A DNA stretch of 46,608 nt from Atractiella rhizophila (lineage: Eukaryota): assembly GCA_021432655.1 (NCBI GenBank), contig MU271441.1:19096-65703 (forward strand). The letters run 5' to 3'. The position numbers and the translations under genes were made by a program. Of the stretch, positions 46,198-46,608 are shown piece by piece. The notes under the pieces are model-generated. The model worked only from the letters and a program-made list of their open reading frames with translations. It did not search any database and was not told the DNA's origin. Numbering within the stretch: position 1 is the first letter of the stretch; every line of letters begins with the position of its first letter.

Positions 46198-46505
46198 TCA
46201 ACCTCCGAGCGCGTCTGCACCAGTGGCGCACCGTAACTCCTCCTCGGACATCTCAGCTTTCTGCTTCCACGTGTCCCTCTCGTGCATCAACTTGTTCACC
46301 TCCTGCTCGAGCGACCTGATATGTTCCTGTTTCTTGGCATACGATCGGCGAGCGGCCAATCTGTTTCCGAAAAGATTTGTAAATAAGTATCTGGTGGGCA
46401 TGCGTGGATAAAGACGAACGTGTTCTGCTGCCGCTTGATCGCGATCGAGGATACAAGGGACCGAGTAAGCTCTTTGCTGTCATCTCCACGATTGGAATGA
46501 TTCAC
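46198..46505 (-). pseudogene. GCN4/CpcA-like bZIP domain fragment
   Basis: Removing a GT..AG intron at 46419-46361 gives KRQQNTLAARRSYAKKQEHIRSLEQEVNKLMHERDTWKQKAE. No ATG or activation domain upstream; the invariant Arg is Tyr. Confidence 0.8.
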
Positions 46506-46608
46506 TTTCCCACATATATAAAAATCAGCTGCAAATTGCTATCAAGGGGTAGCAGAGACGAACTTTGTAATGAGTCATCGGTTGGGACATCGGTACGATC
46601 ATTGACCA

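Overview
Repeat-rich, gene-poor eukaryotic DNA, most likely from a basidiomycete fungus (short GT-AG introns, a CxC1-KDZ transposase, a FunK1 kinase). Contents: a multi-exon Kyakuja-Dileera-Zisupton transposase (1-2996, minus), a decayed CACTA/EnSpm-like transposase, a Copia relic, hAT termini and a deleted hAT element, an F-box pseudogene, a 4-TM orphan ORF, arrays of a palindromic 22/33-bp repeat (core ATAACCT(T/C)TCGTACGAAAGGTTAT), a ~2.8-3 kb inverted duplication (24.0-26.8 vs 33.7-36.8 kb) with a 745-bp TA-flanked TIR element in one copy, and broken host-gene fragments (FunK1, acyl-CoA synthetase, patatin, GCN4-like bZIP). The most striking feature is 28210-32191, next to a 25-N gap: it has almost no ORFs in six frames because it is written backwards without complementation. 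Read right-to-left it continues the flanking LINE reverse transcriptase in frame (SAYR|PIALLDCVAK) through FVDD and RNase H, then encodes a nested Copia gag-protease-integrase. This is most probably a gap-filling artifact. All translations and alignments were done by eye; no database searches were run.
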